NCBI GenBank assembly: GCA_039803205.1
Contig: JBDRYB010000005.1
Span: 32,001-96,000, forward strand
Direction of reading: 5' to 3'
From: a candidate division WOR-3 bacterium
Lineage (GTDB): Bacteria > Hydrothermota > Hydrothermia > JBDRYB01
Length of the DNA: 64,000 bases
Part shown: piece by piece, positions 39,308-49,125 of the stretch
Layout of the letters: every line of letters begins with the position of its first letter
Position numbering within the stretch: position 1 is the first letter of the stretch
Position numbers and translations under genes: made by a program
Notes under the pieces: generated by a model
What the model was told of the DNA's origin: nothing
What the model saw: only the letters and a program-made list of their open reading frames with translations
Databases searched by the model: none

Positions 39308-41584
39308 CTATTTTATAAGCACAACCTTCGCTACCCTGGACTCCCTGCCGGCCGTAAGCCTGATGAAATAGACCCCTTGACCCAGCTCTCCGGCCCTCAG
39401 ATCCACCGCGTATGTTCCGGCCTCCATCTTGCCCTCCGCTAGGACCCTTAGTTGTCTTCCTGAAGCGTCGTAAATGGAGAGCTTGATATCGGATTCCCTT
39501 GGTAGGCCGAAGCTTATGGTCCCCCTGTCCCTCAGTATGCCTGGGCTTTTGAGGGTTAGCATTCCCGGCAGTGGACCCTTCTCATAGACAGGCACGCTGG
39601 CTATGCCAGCGAGAACTATTAGGCTATAGGGCTGGGGGCCCTGGGGAACATTCGTGCCCTTTACGGTTATGGTGTATGTTCCTATCTCAGCGGTTGATGT
39701 CCTGACCATCTCCTCAACATTTTTGCTGTCCGCCGAGCCTCCGGGCTGGGACTCGTAATTGGAGAGGTTGTTTCCTCTGTATAATGTGCCGCCAGGGCTC
39801 AAAACCTCAAGGTCAAGGTTGTTGACTATGGCTGGGTTCGCGCCCGTAGCCGCAGGGGCATCACTCCAGACGAGGACCGCCTTGAAGCCCAAAGAAGCGT
39901 TGTCAACGCTCAGTTGATACTGGTGCTGTTGCCCAGTTGAGAGCCCGGTTCTCTCGTCAACCACGAACATCTCCTTCGGTATGTTCTCATCGCCCCCAAA
40001 ATACAATGCCTCGTCCAGCAATATCCTGCCGAATCCCTGAGTGCTGTCTATGGGATATGTTGAGACGCCGGTCATCCGGACAGCTGAGGCTATGAGCGTG
40101 GCCTTTATCAGGGAACCCTGGGGGATGAAAGCGTTTCCGGGAACCGGAGAACCGGTTGGATACCACCCCTCAGCGTAATACTGCCTGACGATGGCCGCGG
40201 CGCCAGCAACAACGGGCGTTGCCATGCTCGTTCCCATGAACGGGTTGCCCTGGATGTTGCAGGTTGGCTGTTGGTTTGGGTTGTTGTCAGCGGAGTTAAT
40301 GTAATTGCTCCCATCGCCTCCTGGCGCTGTTACGGTTGGCTTTATCCTTCCGTCGTAAGCCGGGCCCCTGCTTGAGTAGCTGGCTATCGCCTCATCCGAG
40401 GGAAATGCACCCGTAGCCCCCACGGATACGCAGTTCTTCGCGCACGCTGGTGTCCCGACCGTGTGGTAGTTAGGGCCGGAGTTCCCGGCCGCGAACAGAA
40501 TTAGAGCGTCCGGATTATCCCACATGAACCTGTCAACATCGCGCGCGTATGTGTCGTAGCTGGTTGAGGTTGAACCCCAGGAGTTCGTCATCACCCTCGC
40601 GCCATATGCATAGAACTCAGAGTATATGGTGTATAGGTCAGAGTTTATGTCCAGCGAACCCAGATTGCACGACCAGGCATCATTGCCCTGAACATCCCCG
40701 CATCCTATCTTTGCCATATAGGCCATGCCGTTATACTGCTGGTTTGATCCGTATATGTCGTTCCCGGCAGCTGTTCCAGCCACATGGGTTCCGTGGTCCG
40801 TTTGGCAAGAGGCAAAATCGTCTCCCGATGAGTTATAAACCTCGTAGAAGGGAACCTTCCTGTGGTTTGGGCCTATGGGGTTGCTCTCATCCCGGAAGAA
40901 GCAGTGGAAGTAATCCAAACCGCTATCCAGCATCCCTATCACCTGGCCCTCTCCGTGAAGCCCGTGGCGCCAGATGAGGCTATCCCCCTGGATGTGGGTC
41001 TGGAAAGACCACCTGTCGTTGTTGTTCATGAGATAGCTCTCTGGCTCCTCCTGGACCCACATTACGCCCTCTGTTCTGGCTATCTCCTTGATCACATCGC
41101 TGGCGGCAGACCAGGGGACCCTGATCCTCATCCTCGGTTCGTATTTTTCCGATGAATAAAGGATCTCGGCTCCGAGACTGGTGAACCTCGTTTTGATCCC
41201 CTGAAGATCAGCATCAGGAAACAGGGAAACGAGAAGGTAGCAGTGCTCCGCGTATTTCGGGTTCTCGTGATCAACTGAGCCGGTCCCGGGCTGGATCCTG
41301 AAGGCGGGATGATAGGGAATTATCTCTGATACGAAGCCCATAGCCATGAGCTCTGCCCTCTTATCCGAAGGGAGTTTCGCCAGAAAAGCGTTATCGGGTA
41401 TGTAGCTGTATAGAGGAATGCCCATCTCCGCGAGCGCGGTCTTTTCTGGGTCAGCGATCCCGTCCTTGAAGACCAGTATGGCGTATTGGGTGTTGGGATC
41501 GGTGAGCTCAGGGGCTGGGTTTGGGCTATACGACGAGAGGCCTATGCCTCCAACGACGCTGAGTAAAAGCATGTTCGCAAACAT
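39308..41584 (-). CDS. S8 serine protease (Kp43-like) with T9SS-like C-terminal domain
   Basis: LDSG, HGTHVAG, AAGN, GTSMATP, NNLDL; tail IYDASGR...GVYFIRL...KVVLIK; start behind GGAGG. Confidence 0.92.
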   Translation of the reverse strand: MFANMLLLSVVGGIGLSSYSPNPAPELTDPNTQYAILVFKDGIADPEKTALAEMGIPLYSYIPDNAFLAKLPSDKRAELMAMGFVSEIIPYHPAFRIQPGTGSVDHENPKYAEHCYLLVSLFPDADLQGIKTRFTSLGAEILYSSEKYEPRMRIRVPWSAASDVIKEIARTEGVMWVQEEPESYLMNNNDRWSFQTHIQGDSLIWRHGLHGEGQVIGMLDSGLDYFHCFFRDESNPIGPNHRKVPFYEVYNSSGDDFASCQTDHGTHVAGTAAGNDIYGSNQQYNGMAYMAKIGCGDVQGNDAWSCNLGSLDINSDLYTIYSEFYAYGARVMTNSWGSTSTSYDTYARDVDRFMWDNPDALILFAAGNSGPNYHTVGTPACAKNCVSVGATGAFPSDEAIASYSSRGPAYDGRIKPTVTAPGGDGSNYINSADNNPNQQPTCNIQGNPFMGTSMATPVVAGAAAIVRQYYAEGWYPTGSPVPGNAFIPQGSLIKATLIASAVRMTGVSTYPIDSTQGFGRILLDEALYFGGDENIPKEMFVVDERTGLSTGQQHQYQLSVDNASLGFKAVLVWSDAPAATGANPAIVNNLDLEVLSPGGTLYRGNNLSNYESQPGGSADSKNVEEMVRTSTAEIGTYTITVKGTNVPQGPQPYSLIVLAGIASVPVYEKGPLPGMLTLKSPGILRDRGTISFGLPRESDIKLSIYDASGRQLRVLAEGKMEAGTYAVDLRAGELGQGVYFIRLTAGRESRVAKVVLIK

Positions 41585-41633
41585 ATTAAACCTCCGTTGC
41601 CACATAAATTATAACGCGGGCAAAGGGTTTTTT

Positions 41634-42212
41634 TCAATCCGAGGCCTCGCGCACAACCCCCTCTATCATACGATACCTTCTCCCGCAGGAGCATGTCGCC
41701 TCGTTTCCCGAGAAGGAGAGGCGTCTCCCGCACTCGCACATGTAGCCGACGAGCCTAGCTGGGTTTCCGACAACTATGCCGTAGTCAGGGACATCCCTCA
41801 CAACGACCGCGCCAGCCCCGACCATGGCCCATCTTCCTATTGTTATGCCGCAGAGTATGGTTGAGTTAGCGCCTATGCTAGCGCCCTCCTTAACCAGGGT
41901 CGGAACCCATTGGCCTCCCTTGGGATACTTTGCCCTTGGGTTGAGGTCGTTCGTGAAGACAGCGGATGGTCCAACGAAGACCCAGTCCTCAAGGGTCACA
42001 AGGTCATAAACGGAAACATTGTTTTGGAGCTTAACTCCGTTGCCCAAAACCGCCCTTCCGCCTACGAAGCAGTTCTGACCGATAACGCAGTTCTCGCCTA
42101 TCTTGGCTCCTGCCATGATGTGGGAGAAGTGCCAGATCTTCGTCCCGCCGCCTATCTCACAGGGCTGGTCAACAACAGCAGTCTCGTGAACGAAATAAGG
42201 CTTCTCGCTCAT
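41634..42212 (-). CDS. Hexapeptide-repeat N-acetyltransferase (WbpD/WlbB-like)
   Basis: TKIWHFSHI, KLQNNVSVY, VFTND.NPR, GNPAR, C-terminal CECG/CSCG; start could alternatively be 42248. Confidence 0.88.
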   Translation of the reverse strand: MSEKPYFVHETAVVDQPCEIGGGTKIWHFSHIMAGAKIGENCVIGQNCFVGGRAVLGNGVKLQNNVSVYDLVTLEDWVFVGPSAVFTNDLNPRAKYPKGGQWVPTLVKEGASIGANSTILCGITIGRWAMVGAGAVVVRDVPDYGIVVGNPARLVGYMCECGRRLSFSGNEATCSCGRRYRMIEGVVREASD

Positions 42213-42247
42213 GATGAGATTATAAAGAATCGCGCTCTCCGGGTGCA

Positions 42248-43162
42248 TTAAAAGAGGAGCCTTTCCGAGCGCTCCCTGATGAACCTTTCTCCCTCATCAG
42301 GCCCGTGCAGGATTCCCAGCCTCCGCATGAAATAGATCTGCCTCCGGGCAAACTCCCTCGTGTTCCTCTTTATCAAAGCCACAGCCTCCTCAAGGCTCAT
42401 TTCGCCGAGGAGGTGCTTCACGAGCTCCTGATAGCCTATTGCCCTCATTCCTGGCGCACCCGGCCCGTATTTCTCTAGGAGGCCCCTGACCTCATCAAGG
42501 AGCCCCTCGCTCATCATTTCTCCAATCCGCTCGTCAATCCTCCTGTAAAGGCTCTCCCTATCAACCGGCAGGGTTATGTAGAAAGGCCTGAAAAGCGGCT
42601 CTCTGCGCTCAGCCCAGAGCTCTGAGATGGGCTTTCCGGTCTGATAATAAACCTCAAGCGCCCTCTCTATCCTAACCCAATCGTTCGGATGAATCCTGGC
42701 CGCTGATGCTGGGTCTACCTCGGAGAGCTCTCGGTGGAGGGCTGGCGCGCCCTCATTGGCTACCCTCTCAAGGAGCCTCTTCCGCAGATTCTTGTCAACA
42801 GGAGGAGCGGGAAAGAATCCCTCAAAAAGGGCCTTGAAGTAGAGGATCGTCCCGCCAACCAGAAGGGGTATCTTTCCTTTCTCTAGAAGATTTTGGATGA
42901 TGGCCTCAGCGTCCCGAGCGAAGTCCTCAGCAGAGTAATGCTCGTCCGGAGTGAGGATATCCATAAGGTAGAACCTCTTTCGGGTCTCATGGCGAGGTTT
43001 TCCGGTTCCTATGTCCATCCCTATGTATATCTTGCGGGAATCAACGGATATCAGCCCTATTGGAAATCTATCGGCCAGAGCAAGGGCAAAAGCCCCCTTT
43101 CCGGAGGCTGTTGGCCCAACTATTGCTGGAATCAGGTTATCCCTTGGGCCAGATCCTTCCAT
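42248..43162 (-). CDS. miaA: tRNA dimethylallyltransferase
   Basis: GPTASGK, DSRKIY.GMDIGT.K, VGGT.LY, RIHPND..RI.RALEV, AIGYQE. Confidence 0.95.
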   Translation of the reverse strand: MEGSGPRDNLIPAIVGPTASGKGAFALALADRFPIGLISVDSRKIYIGMDIGTGKPRHETRKRFYLMDILTPDEHYSAEDFARDAEAIIQNLLEKGKIPLLVGGTILYFKALFEGFFPAPPVDKNLRKRLLERVANEGAPALHRELSEVDPASAARIHPNDWVRIERALEVYYQTGKPISELWAERREPLFRPFYITLPVDRESLYRRIDERIGEMMSEGLLDEVRGLLEKYGPGAPGMRAIGYQELVKHLLGEMSLEEAVALIKRNTREFARRQIYFMRRLGILHGPDEGERFIRERSERLLF

Positions 43163-43707
43163 CTGAACCTCACTGCTACCATTCCTCCGCCAGGCGCTAT
43201 AAACGGATTGTCCGAGGAAAAAAGCGCGTCCGCGATCTCCGCCGCGGCGCGGGGCGAAATCGGCCTTTCTGGCGAGAGCGCTAGCCTTTCGCGCGCGAGG
43301 GCAATAGCCTCATCCAAAGCTAGGGGAGGGAGGTCAACGATCCCAGCGAAGAAGGATTCTAGAGCCTCAGGGGTGATGTGCCAAGGGAACCTGGGGAGGG
43401 ACTTCACCACAGCAAAATTCCCAGATACCTCAACCGCAAAGCCCATCCTGCCCAGGAGCCCGACGCGGTCCCTGAGTCCCGGAACACAAGGGATCTTCAA
43501 TGGAAATATTGGGGTTTCTGTCCTCGGCGTCCCAGAACAAAGGGTATCGTGTATGATCCTCTTAGAGGCCTTCTCTGGGTCTATGAGGAGAAATCCATCG
43601 GAGAGAAAGGCCAGGATGAACCCGCCTGGGACCTGGATTATCTGGGGAAGGTTCGGGGGGTCCGGTTCCCTGACTATCTCTCCGAACTCAAGGGGCCTGG
43701 GCATCAC
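43132..43707 (-). CDS. Stand-alone, degenerate MutL C-terminal-like domain
   Basis: QV..GFIL...LLIDPEKASKRI aligns to MutL Q...LIDQHAAHERI; NPFIAPGG aligns to P..CPHG; directly upstream of miaA. Confidence 0.62.
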   Translation of the reverse strand: MMPRPLEFGEIVREPDPPNLPQIIQVPGGFILAFLSDGFLLIDPEKASKRIIHDTLCSGTPRTETPIFPLKIPCVPGLRDRVGLLGRMGFAVEVSGNFAVVKSLPRFPWHITPEALESFFAGIVDLPPLALDEAIALARERLALSPERPISPRAAAEIADALFSSDNPFIAPGGGMVAVRFRWKDLAQGIT

Positions 43708-44630
43708 CCGCCTCCCAAAAGCCTCCTCAGCCTCGCGGCAAAGGCCTCCTCCGCGCTCTCGCCCCTGGCCCTCGCCAGCGCGTCCAAAGCGAGAACCTCA
43801 ACGATTGTCGCCATGTCCCTTCCCGGTATCATGGGATACCTTATTAGTGGTATCTCAACCCCCAGGATATTTTGGGTTCCCCTATCGGGTTCAAGAGGGA
43901 CATCTGCCTCCCTTTCGGAGAGCTCCAGCACGAGGTTTATCTCCTTGATCTCCCTGAGAGCGCCTCTTCCGAAATGCTGAGTCACATCAACCATTCCAAC
44001 CCCCCTTATTTCCATGAATCCTCTGAGCTCCGGAGGGGCAACGGGGACCCCCTGTAGGTGGCCCTCGGGAAACGCTATCGCTTTTACTATGTCATCCGCT
44101 ACGAGGGAGTGTCCGAGCCTCAACAGGCACAGGGCGGTCTCGCTCTTGCCGATCCCTGGTTTCCCCGTTATCAGGACCCCTGTTCCAAAAACATCCACGA
44201 GGGTTCCGTGGATCACGGTTGATGGAGCGAGCTGAAAACCCAGGTAATCGGAAAGGAGGTGAGTGAACGCGCTGGTTTTCAGGGATGTCGCTATTGTCGG
44301 AATCCCAGAGGCCTCGGATTCTTCGCAGAGTTCACCCGGGGGGAGGAGCCCTCTCGTCACGAACACACCAGGGATCCCTGTTCCATAGAACTCTCTGAGA
44401 ATTCGCCTCCTTTCCCTCTGGGGCCTTGAACCGAGAAACGCTATCTCTGTCTGGCCTATTATCTGAACGCGCTTTGATGGGAAGAACTCCCTGTAACCGA
44501 GAAAAAACATGCCTGGCCTGTGGAGATCCGGTTTGGTTATCTCCCTATCTAGCCCCCCCTCTCCCGCGATAACACCAAGACGCCAGGCCTTGGATTTCTC
44601 AGAAAGTATCTGCCGAAAGGAGACCGTCAA
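43704..44630 (-). CDS. hprK: HPr kinase/phosphorylase
   Basis: HGTLVDVFGTGVLITG..GIGKSETAL, LVADD, MEIRGVG, PGRD. Confidence 0.95.
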   Translation of the reverse strand: MTVSFRQILSEKSKAWRLGVIAGEGGLDREITKPDLHRPGMFFLGYREFFPSKRVQIIGQTEIAFLGSRPQRERRRILREFYGTGIPGVFVTRGLLPPGELCEESEASGIPTIATSLKTSAFTHLLSDYLGFQLAPSTVIHGTLVDVFGTGVLITGKPGIGKSETALCLLRLGHSLVADDIVKAIAFPEGHLQGVPVAPPELRGFMEIRGVGMVDVTQHFGRGALREIKEINLVLELSEREADVPLEPDRGTQNILGVEIPLIRYPMIPGRDMATIVEVLALDALARARGESAEEAFAARLRRLLGGG

Positions 44631-44911
44631 TGCCTCAGTTTTTCCTCATATGACTTGAGGTTGTTGGCCATGATGTCCCTGAGCTCATCAACGAGGGCCA
44701 TGGGGTCCTTGTTTGATGAACGGGCCTTCAGGGTCCTCCCCTTGACCTTTACGATGAACTCCCCGGTATAAATACCCCTCTGTTCCTCTAAGAGGAGCTC
44801 TGTGTGGATTATGTTCTTTGAGAAGCGGTCCAGCTTGGCAAACCGCTTCTCGGTATATTCCTTCAGAGACGGCGTCAGCTCAAGGTTCTTAGTGCGGATG
44901 GTCAAGGTCAT
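44627..44911 (-). CDS. hpf: Ribosome hibernation factor (short HPF/RaiA)
   Basis: KNLELTPSLKEY.EKR..KL; GAGGAGG SD; adjacent to hprK. Confidence 0.88.
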   Translation of the reverse strand: MTLTIRTKNLELTPSLKEYTEKRFAKLDRFSKNIIHTELLLEEQRGIYTGEFIVKVKGRTLKARSSNKDPMALVDELRDIMANNLKSYEEKLRH

Positions 44912-44984
44912 CTCTTGCCTCCTCGCGGGAGAAATTATAATAGGGAGAGGGGGACTGGGTCAAGCGCGCCAAGCCCCAGGAGGC

Positions 44985-46133
44985 TTACTCAAACACGAAT
45001 TCCTTCGCTAGCCAAGCCCTCACGGAGACAGCGTCCTCGTAGCCCTCCTCGGCCATGAGGTATCCGCCGGAAAGCCCGAATTTCACGGCATCTTTTACCT
45101 CAAACACGAAAGAGATGTCAAACTCGTTTCCTATGCCCCTGGAAGAGTCCGCAGTAAAAGCGCTTGCGAGCCTATAATAATCAACCCTCGTCATCATGTT
45201 GAGGTCTGGTCTCAGGAACTCAAGGTATCTCCCGTAGCTGGCGTGGGCGTTTACGGCCGAGATGTCAGAAAGGCCCCTGAGGAATGGGTCCGGAGCGAGG
45301 CCGAATGTGAAGGCTTCGCCTAGGCCGCCCCAGCCAATCTCATCGTAGCTGTAAGCGATGTTCTGACCAAATGGGTTCACCCACTTGGGGTCTATGGTGA
45401 AGAGAGCGGCGCCCAAACCAAATGAGCCGCGGGCGAGCTCAGCTATCCCCAAGCCGGATACAACGCTTATGGTATCGGAGATGTAATCTGCGCCCTCAAG
45501 AGCGAGGCTCAGGATCCCCCACTTGAGCTCGCCCCTTCCCCCTGCCCAGAGGTCATACTTGTCGTTGGCCGAGGGCGTTGGCCTGCTGAGGGCATAAAGG
45601 GAGAACCCCAGTAGACCAAACCATGCCCCGCCATTGGCACCAGCCATCCAGGATGGGGTTTCCCCAATAGCCACGGGCTCGGTGTATAAGGCGTGAATGT
45701 TAAGGTAGACCTTATCCCCGAACAGGAGGGAGAGGGCTGGATAGCCCTTCAGCCTGTCTGACCAAACAAGGCCATTGCCGTAGATGAGCAACTGCTTTCC
45801 GGCCCTCAGAGAGAACCAATCCGAGAGATACGCCTCAGCGTATGCCTCAGGGATGTTGAACCTGTTGTAGGCATCCTCCGCGCCCCATGACTGGAGCCTC
45901 ACAACCCCTGAAAGCCACGAACCGAAGGTCATGTCAAACGCCAGCTCAACGCGGTGCATGTAAAGCGGTTCTATCGTGGTATCTACGGATGTGCCAATTC
46001 CCCAGAGGCTAAGGTTTCCCGTGAGATTGTAGGTGCCGGTCTCTCCAACACCGACAACCTCCTCTTCCCATGCGCCGACGCTTTCCTGCGCCATCGCGAT
46101 TCCCGGTATCAGAAAAAAGACGATGTATCTCAT
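44985..46133 (-). CDS. Outer-membrane beta-barrel protein (porin/alginate-export-like)
   Basis: Signal MRYIVFFLIPGIAMA-Q; EAY...LRAGKQ...G.G; GNEFD; alternating aromatic strands. Confidence 0.7.
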   Translation of the reverse strand: MRYIVFFLIPGIAMAQESVGAWEEEVVGVGETGTYNLTGNLSLWGIGTSVDTTIEPLYMHRVELAFDMTFGSWLSGVVRLQSWGAEDAYNRFNIPEAYAEAYLSDWFSLRAGKQLLIYGNGLVWSDRLKGYPALSLLFGDKVYLNIHALYTEPVAIGETPSWMAGANGGAWFGLLGFSLYALSRPTPSANDKYDLWAGGRGELKWGILSLALEGADYISDTISVVSGLGIAELARGSFGLGAALFTIDPKWVNPFGQNIAYSYDEIGWGGLGEAFTFGLAPDPFLRGLSDISAVNAHASYGRYLEFLRPDLNMMTRVDYYRLASAFTADSSRGIGNEFDISFVFEVKDAVKFGLSGGYLMAEEGYEDAVSVRAWLAKEFVFE

Positions 46134-46296
46134 AGGGGTAAATGTTAAACCGAGGAGATGCCGGGTTTCAACCCGGGTTCTACTCTGTAATAGGCCTCTC
46201 GGGCCATTACCGCTATGTGCTTCTGTCACAAGAACAAGGTTAGAATTGGACATAGGCAGATTGATCAGGTCTCCGAGCGTAGGTTATAATTTTACC

Positions 46297-47577
46297 GTGA
46301 TCAGGGAGTTTTGTATTCACAACTTCAAGGCCTTCAGGGAGGCGGATCTGGATTTTGCGCCTCTGACGCTTTTGGTTGGAGCCAACTCCACGGGCAAGAG
46401 CACGATTTTGCAGGCCCTCCTATTGTTAAAGCAAACTGTGGATTACGGGGATCCAGGGGTGCCGCTGAGATTTGAGGGGCCGCTGATTAATCTTGGTTCC
46501 TTTAAGGAGACGATCCACAGGGAACAGAATTATTCACCCAAACGAATTGGCTTCAGATTAGTGCTCACCGGAGAATACCCCAAGGAGTATGCTGAAGGTG
46601 ATGATGGGGCAATAATATCCGAGGTGCAAAGCACTGATTACGATTTGCGCTTTGAGGTTGATATTATTCCCCGAGCCGGGCTAAGGGTTCCTCCCGGGAG
46701 CTTTTCGGCCAAAATTGTTGAAGGGCCATACTCAGAAGATTATAAACTCAAACACAAATCCCCAAGCCTCCAGGGGCTAAGGCCACGCTTTTTCTGGTTC
46801 TGGCCATCCAATCCCTCTGACAAGCGATATGGATGGCTTTTTCAGGTTGCCGACGTGTTAATGGGAATCTTCAAACGAATATTTTACCTCGCGCCCCTGA
46901 GGGATTATCCGGAAAGGGATAAGATTTACTCGTCTCAGCGTCCTGCCTGGATGGGCATACGGGGCGAGGAATTGCCAGCGTTTCTTCACTCTCGTCCTGA
47001 GATCATAGCCTCAATAAACAAGTGGCTAAGAGAAAATAAATTTCCCTCCAAGGAGGCTCTATTTTCAATTGAGACGGTTCTCAGACAAGAAAAAACCAGA
47101 TTATCCCTTTTGGTCAAAGAGGGCGGCAGGAAATACAACTGGGCAGATGTGGGATTTGGATTATCCCAATTCCTGCCTGTTGCCGCGGCTGTTTTTGCCG
47201 TGCCGGATGATTCTCTCTTGCTGGTTGAACAACCGGAGATACACCTTAATCCCAGGATGGAAGTCCTTCTGGGACAACTCCTTGTTGATGTCGCGAGGGA
47301 GGGCAAGAAGATAATATTGGTTGAGACCCACAGCGAGCACTTAATAATGCGTGTGCGGAGGCTGGTGGCTGAAGGCTACATTTCGCCGGACAAAGTCAAA
47401 ATTTACCACACTGAGAGGGATTGGAAGGTCGGGAACTCCACAATAAGAGAGATAAAATGGAGAGACGACCTACCAGGCGCCATTGAGGGTTGGCCGGAGG
47501 GCTTCATGGATGAGAGCATTACTGAGGCTTTTGGCATCTCAAGAGCTCAGAGACGGAATCGTAGCAAGGAAACATAG
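46297..47577 (+). CDS. ABC-type ATPase (AAA_15/AAA_21, DUF3696-like C-terminus)
   Basis: NFKAF, GANSTGKS, VGFGLSQ, VEQPEIHLNP, VETHSEH, WPEGFMD; GTG start 6 nt after TATAAT. Confidence 0.88.
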   Translation: MIREFCIHNFKAFREADLDFAPLTLLVGANSTGKSTILQALLLLKQTVDYGDPGVPLRFEGPLINLGSFKETIHREQNYSPKRIGFRLVLTGEYPKEYAEGDDGAIISEVQSTDYDLRFEVDIIPRAGLRVPPGSFSAKIVEGPYSEDYKLKHKSPSLQGLRPRFFWFWPSNPSDKRYGWLFQVADVLMGIFKRIFYLAPLRDYPERDKIYSSQRPAWMGIRGEELPAFLHSRPEIIASINKWLRENKFPSKEALFSIETVLRQEKTRLSLLVKEGGRKYNWADVGFGLSQFLPVAAAVFAVPDDSLLLVEQPEIHLNPRMEVLLGQLLVDVAREGKKIILVETHSEHLIMRVRRLVAEGYISPDKVKIYHTERDWKVGNSTIREIKWRDDLPGAIEGWPEGFMDESITEAFGISRAQRRNRSKET

Positions 47578-47579
47578 AT

Positions 47580-48038
47580 TTGACAACCCTCGTGATAGAT
47601 ACCAACATCTTCACCTTGACAGACAAACCCGATGATCCTGGCTGGCAGGAATCCCTTGATCTTATGGAGTGGATCGGGCGTGAAAGGTTTTGCAATTATA
47701 TCCTGGCTGTGGATGAAGAGGGTTTGATTGAAGAAGAATATGAGAAAAAAGCAAAGGAGGGTTATCCGAATTCGCTAGGGAGTTTTGTCTTGGCGAAATT
47801 TGCCGAGTGGGACAAGATCGTCCATGTCCAGGGAAGAAGCTACCCCTGCTTCAGAGATCTACCCCCTGAGCTTGACAGACACGATAGGGCTTTTCTCAAA
47901 GTGGCCTGTCAGACACCAGAGCACATTCTCATAAGCCAGGATTCGAGGTTTTATGAGAACAATTCCTGTCTTAATAGGCTAAAATCCGAGACGGGTCTCA
48001 AAATCTACCGGGTTCAAGAAGCAATAGCAAATATATGA
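47580..48038 (+). CDS. PIN-domain-like putative ribonuclease
   Basis: LVIDTNI, EEY, DRHDRAFL..A, LISQD acidic pattern; starts 2 nt after the ATPase stop. Confidence 0.7.
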   Translation: MTTLVIDTNIFTLTDKPDDPGWQESLDLMEWIGRERFCNYILAVDEEGLIEEEYEKKAKEGYPNSLGSFVLAKFAEWDKIVHVQGRSYPCFRDLPPELDRHDRAFLKVACQTPEHILISQDSRFYENNSCLNRLKSETGLKIYRVQEAIANI

Positions 48039-48070
48039 CCCCCACAGGATTACTGCTCCATCCGTGGATT

Positions 48071-49015
48071 TTACTTCCCCCCCGCCTCCTCTTGCCTCTG
48101 TAGCCAATCTATGTAGTAGTTCAAAAGGGTGTTAGCGAGGTTCTGCGCCTCGGTTGTCAGGGTGAGGCCCGAAACGCGAGCCCTTCTGGTTGTCTTCTGG
48201 ATTAATGTGCCATCGTCAAGATAAATTCCAACCTCAAACTCAGCGTCCTCTCCGGTTTTCTTGACCGTGCCATAGATGAATATGTTTCCGCCCATCTCAG
48301 CGGTTATCCTTTTGGCATCGTCAATGCTTATGGTCGCGGTGGTTATGTTCTGCGATTCAAGGGAGGAGTTAACCTGCGCGTTATTAACGACATCAAACCT
48401 CGGCGAGCGCTCAAACACGGAGCTCATCGCGTCCTGAATGGATCTCCCAAGGCCAGCGCTCTTTGCCTCCTCGGTCGTTTCTTTCAAAGGGAATATTAAA
48501 AGCTTTCTCTTTTGAATGGGCCCGCCGGATACATACTCCTTGTTCAGTTCCCCGAGAACGAGACCCGTTATGTCCTTTTTCGGGTCAGCATAGACAAGGG
48601 TCTTCTGTGATATATCAAGAACCATCTCAAGGCCCAGGTCTTTCGCTATCTTTCTGACCGTCGCTGTTATCTTATCGGTATAAGGGGTCAATATCTCCTG
48701 GCTCTTCTGTTCAAGAGCCGCGACCATCTCCCTGAGGACCCTCTCGTATTCAGCCTCTTTCTCATCTATCTCCATCTCACGGGATATGCGCTCCTGATCC
48801 GTGAGCATGGGGCGCTTTTCCTCATAATCCCTTCTGAGGCTATCCAACTGCGCCTTAACGCTGTCCGCTTTCAGCTCCCACTGGGCCCTGTATCTGTCAA
48901 GCTCGTCCTTTGCCTCCGCGAGCTCCTTGTAGTTGTCCATTATGACCTGGAGGTCTATGTATCCGACCCTCGTGCCCTGTTGGGCAAGGAGAGACAAAGC
49001 CAGAATCGCGGTCAT
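48071..49015 (-). CDS. skp: OmpH/Skp chaperone with extra C-terminal alpha/beta domain
   Basis: VGYID, long coiled coil, VLD...YADPKKDIT; about 150 aa extension. Confidence 0.8.
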   Translation of the reverse strand: MTAILALSLLAQQGTRVGYIDLQVIMDNYKELAEAKDELDRYRAQWELKADSVKAQLDSLRRDYEEKRPMLTDQERISREMEIDEKEAEYERVLREMVAALEQKSQEILTPYTDKITATVRKIAKDLGLEMVLDISQKTLVYADPKKDITGLVLGELNKEYVSGGPIQKRKLLIFPLKETTEEAKSAGLGRSIQDAMSSVFERSPRFDVVNNAQVNSSLESQNITTATISIDDAKRITAEMGGNIFIYGTVKKTGEDAEFEVGIYLDDGTLIQKTTRRARVSGLTLTTEAQNLANTLLNYYIDWLQRQEEAGGK

Positions 49016-49061
49016 GGCGTTATGATAAGGCAGGGGGATGTGGCTATGCCACCAGATGAAA

Positions 49062-49109
49062 AGCCCCGGCCAGGAATGGGAGGTGTATAGACTTCACCTG
49101 GTCGGGGCT
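49062..49109 (-). terminator. Hairpin downstream of 49126-50634 with CACCTCCC loop on the - strand
   Basis: AGCCCCGGCCAGG / CCTGGTCGGGGCT; TTTT follows on the - strand. Confidence 0.6.
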
Positions 49110-49125
49110 ACTGGCTACAATGGGA

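Noticed and set aside
46033..46296. N-terminal extensions of ORF-track calls 46033-47577 and 44985-46253
   Set aside because: They overlap each other head-to-head; motifs and -10 boxes place the starts at 46297 (+) and 46133 (-)
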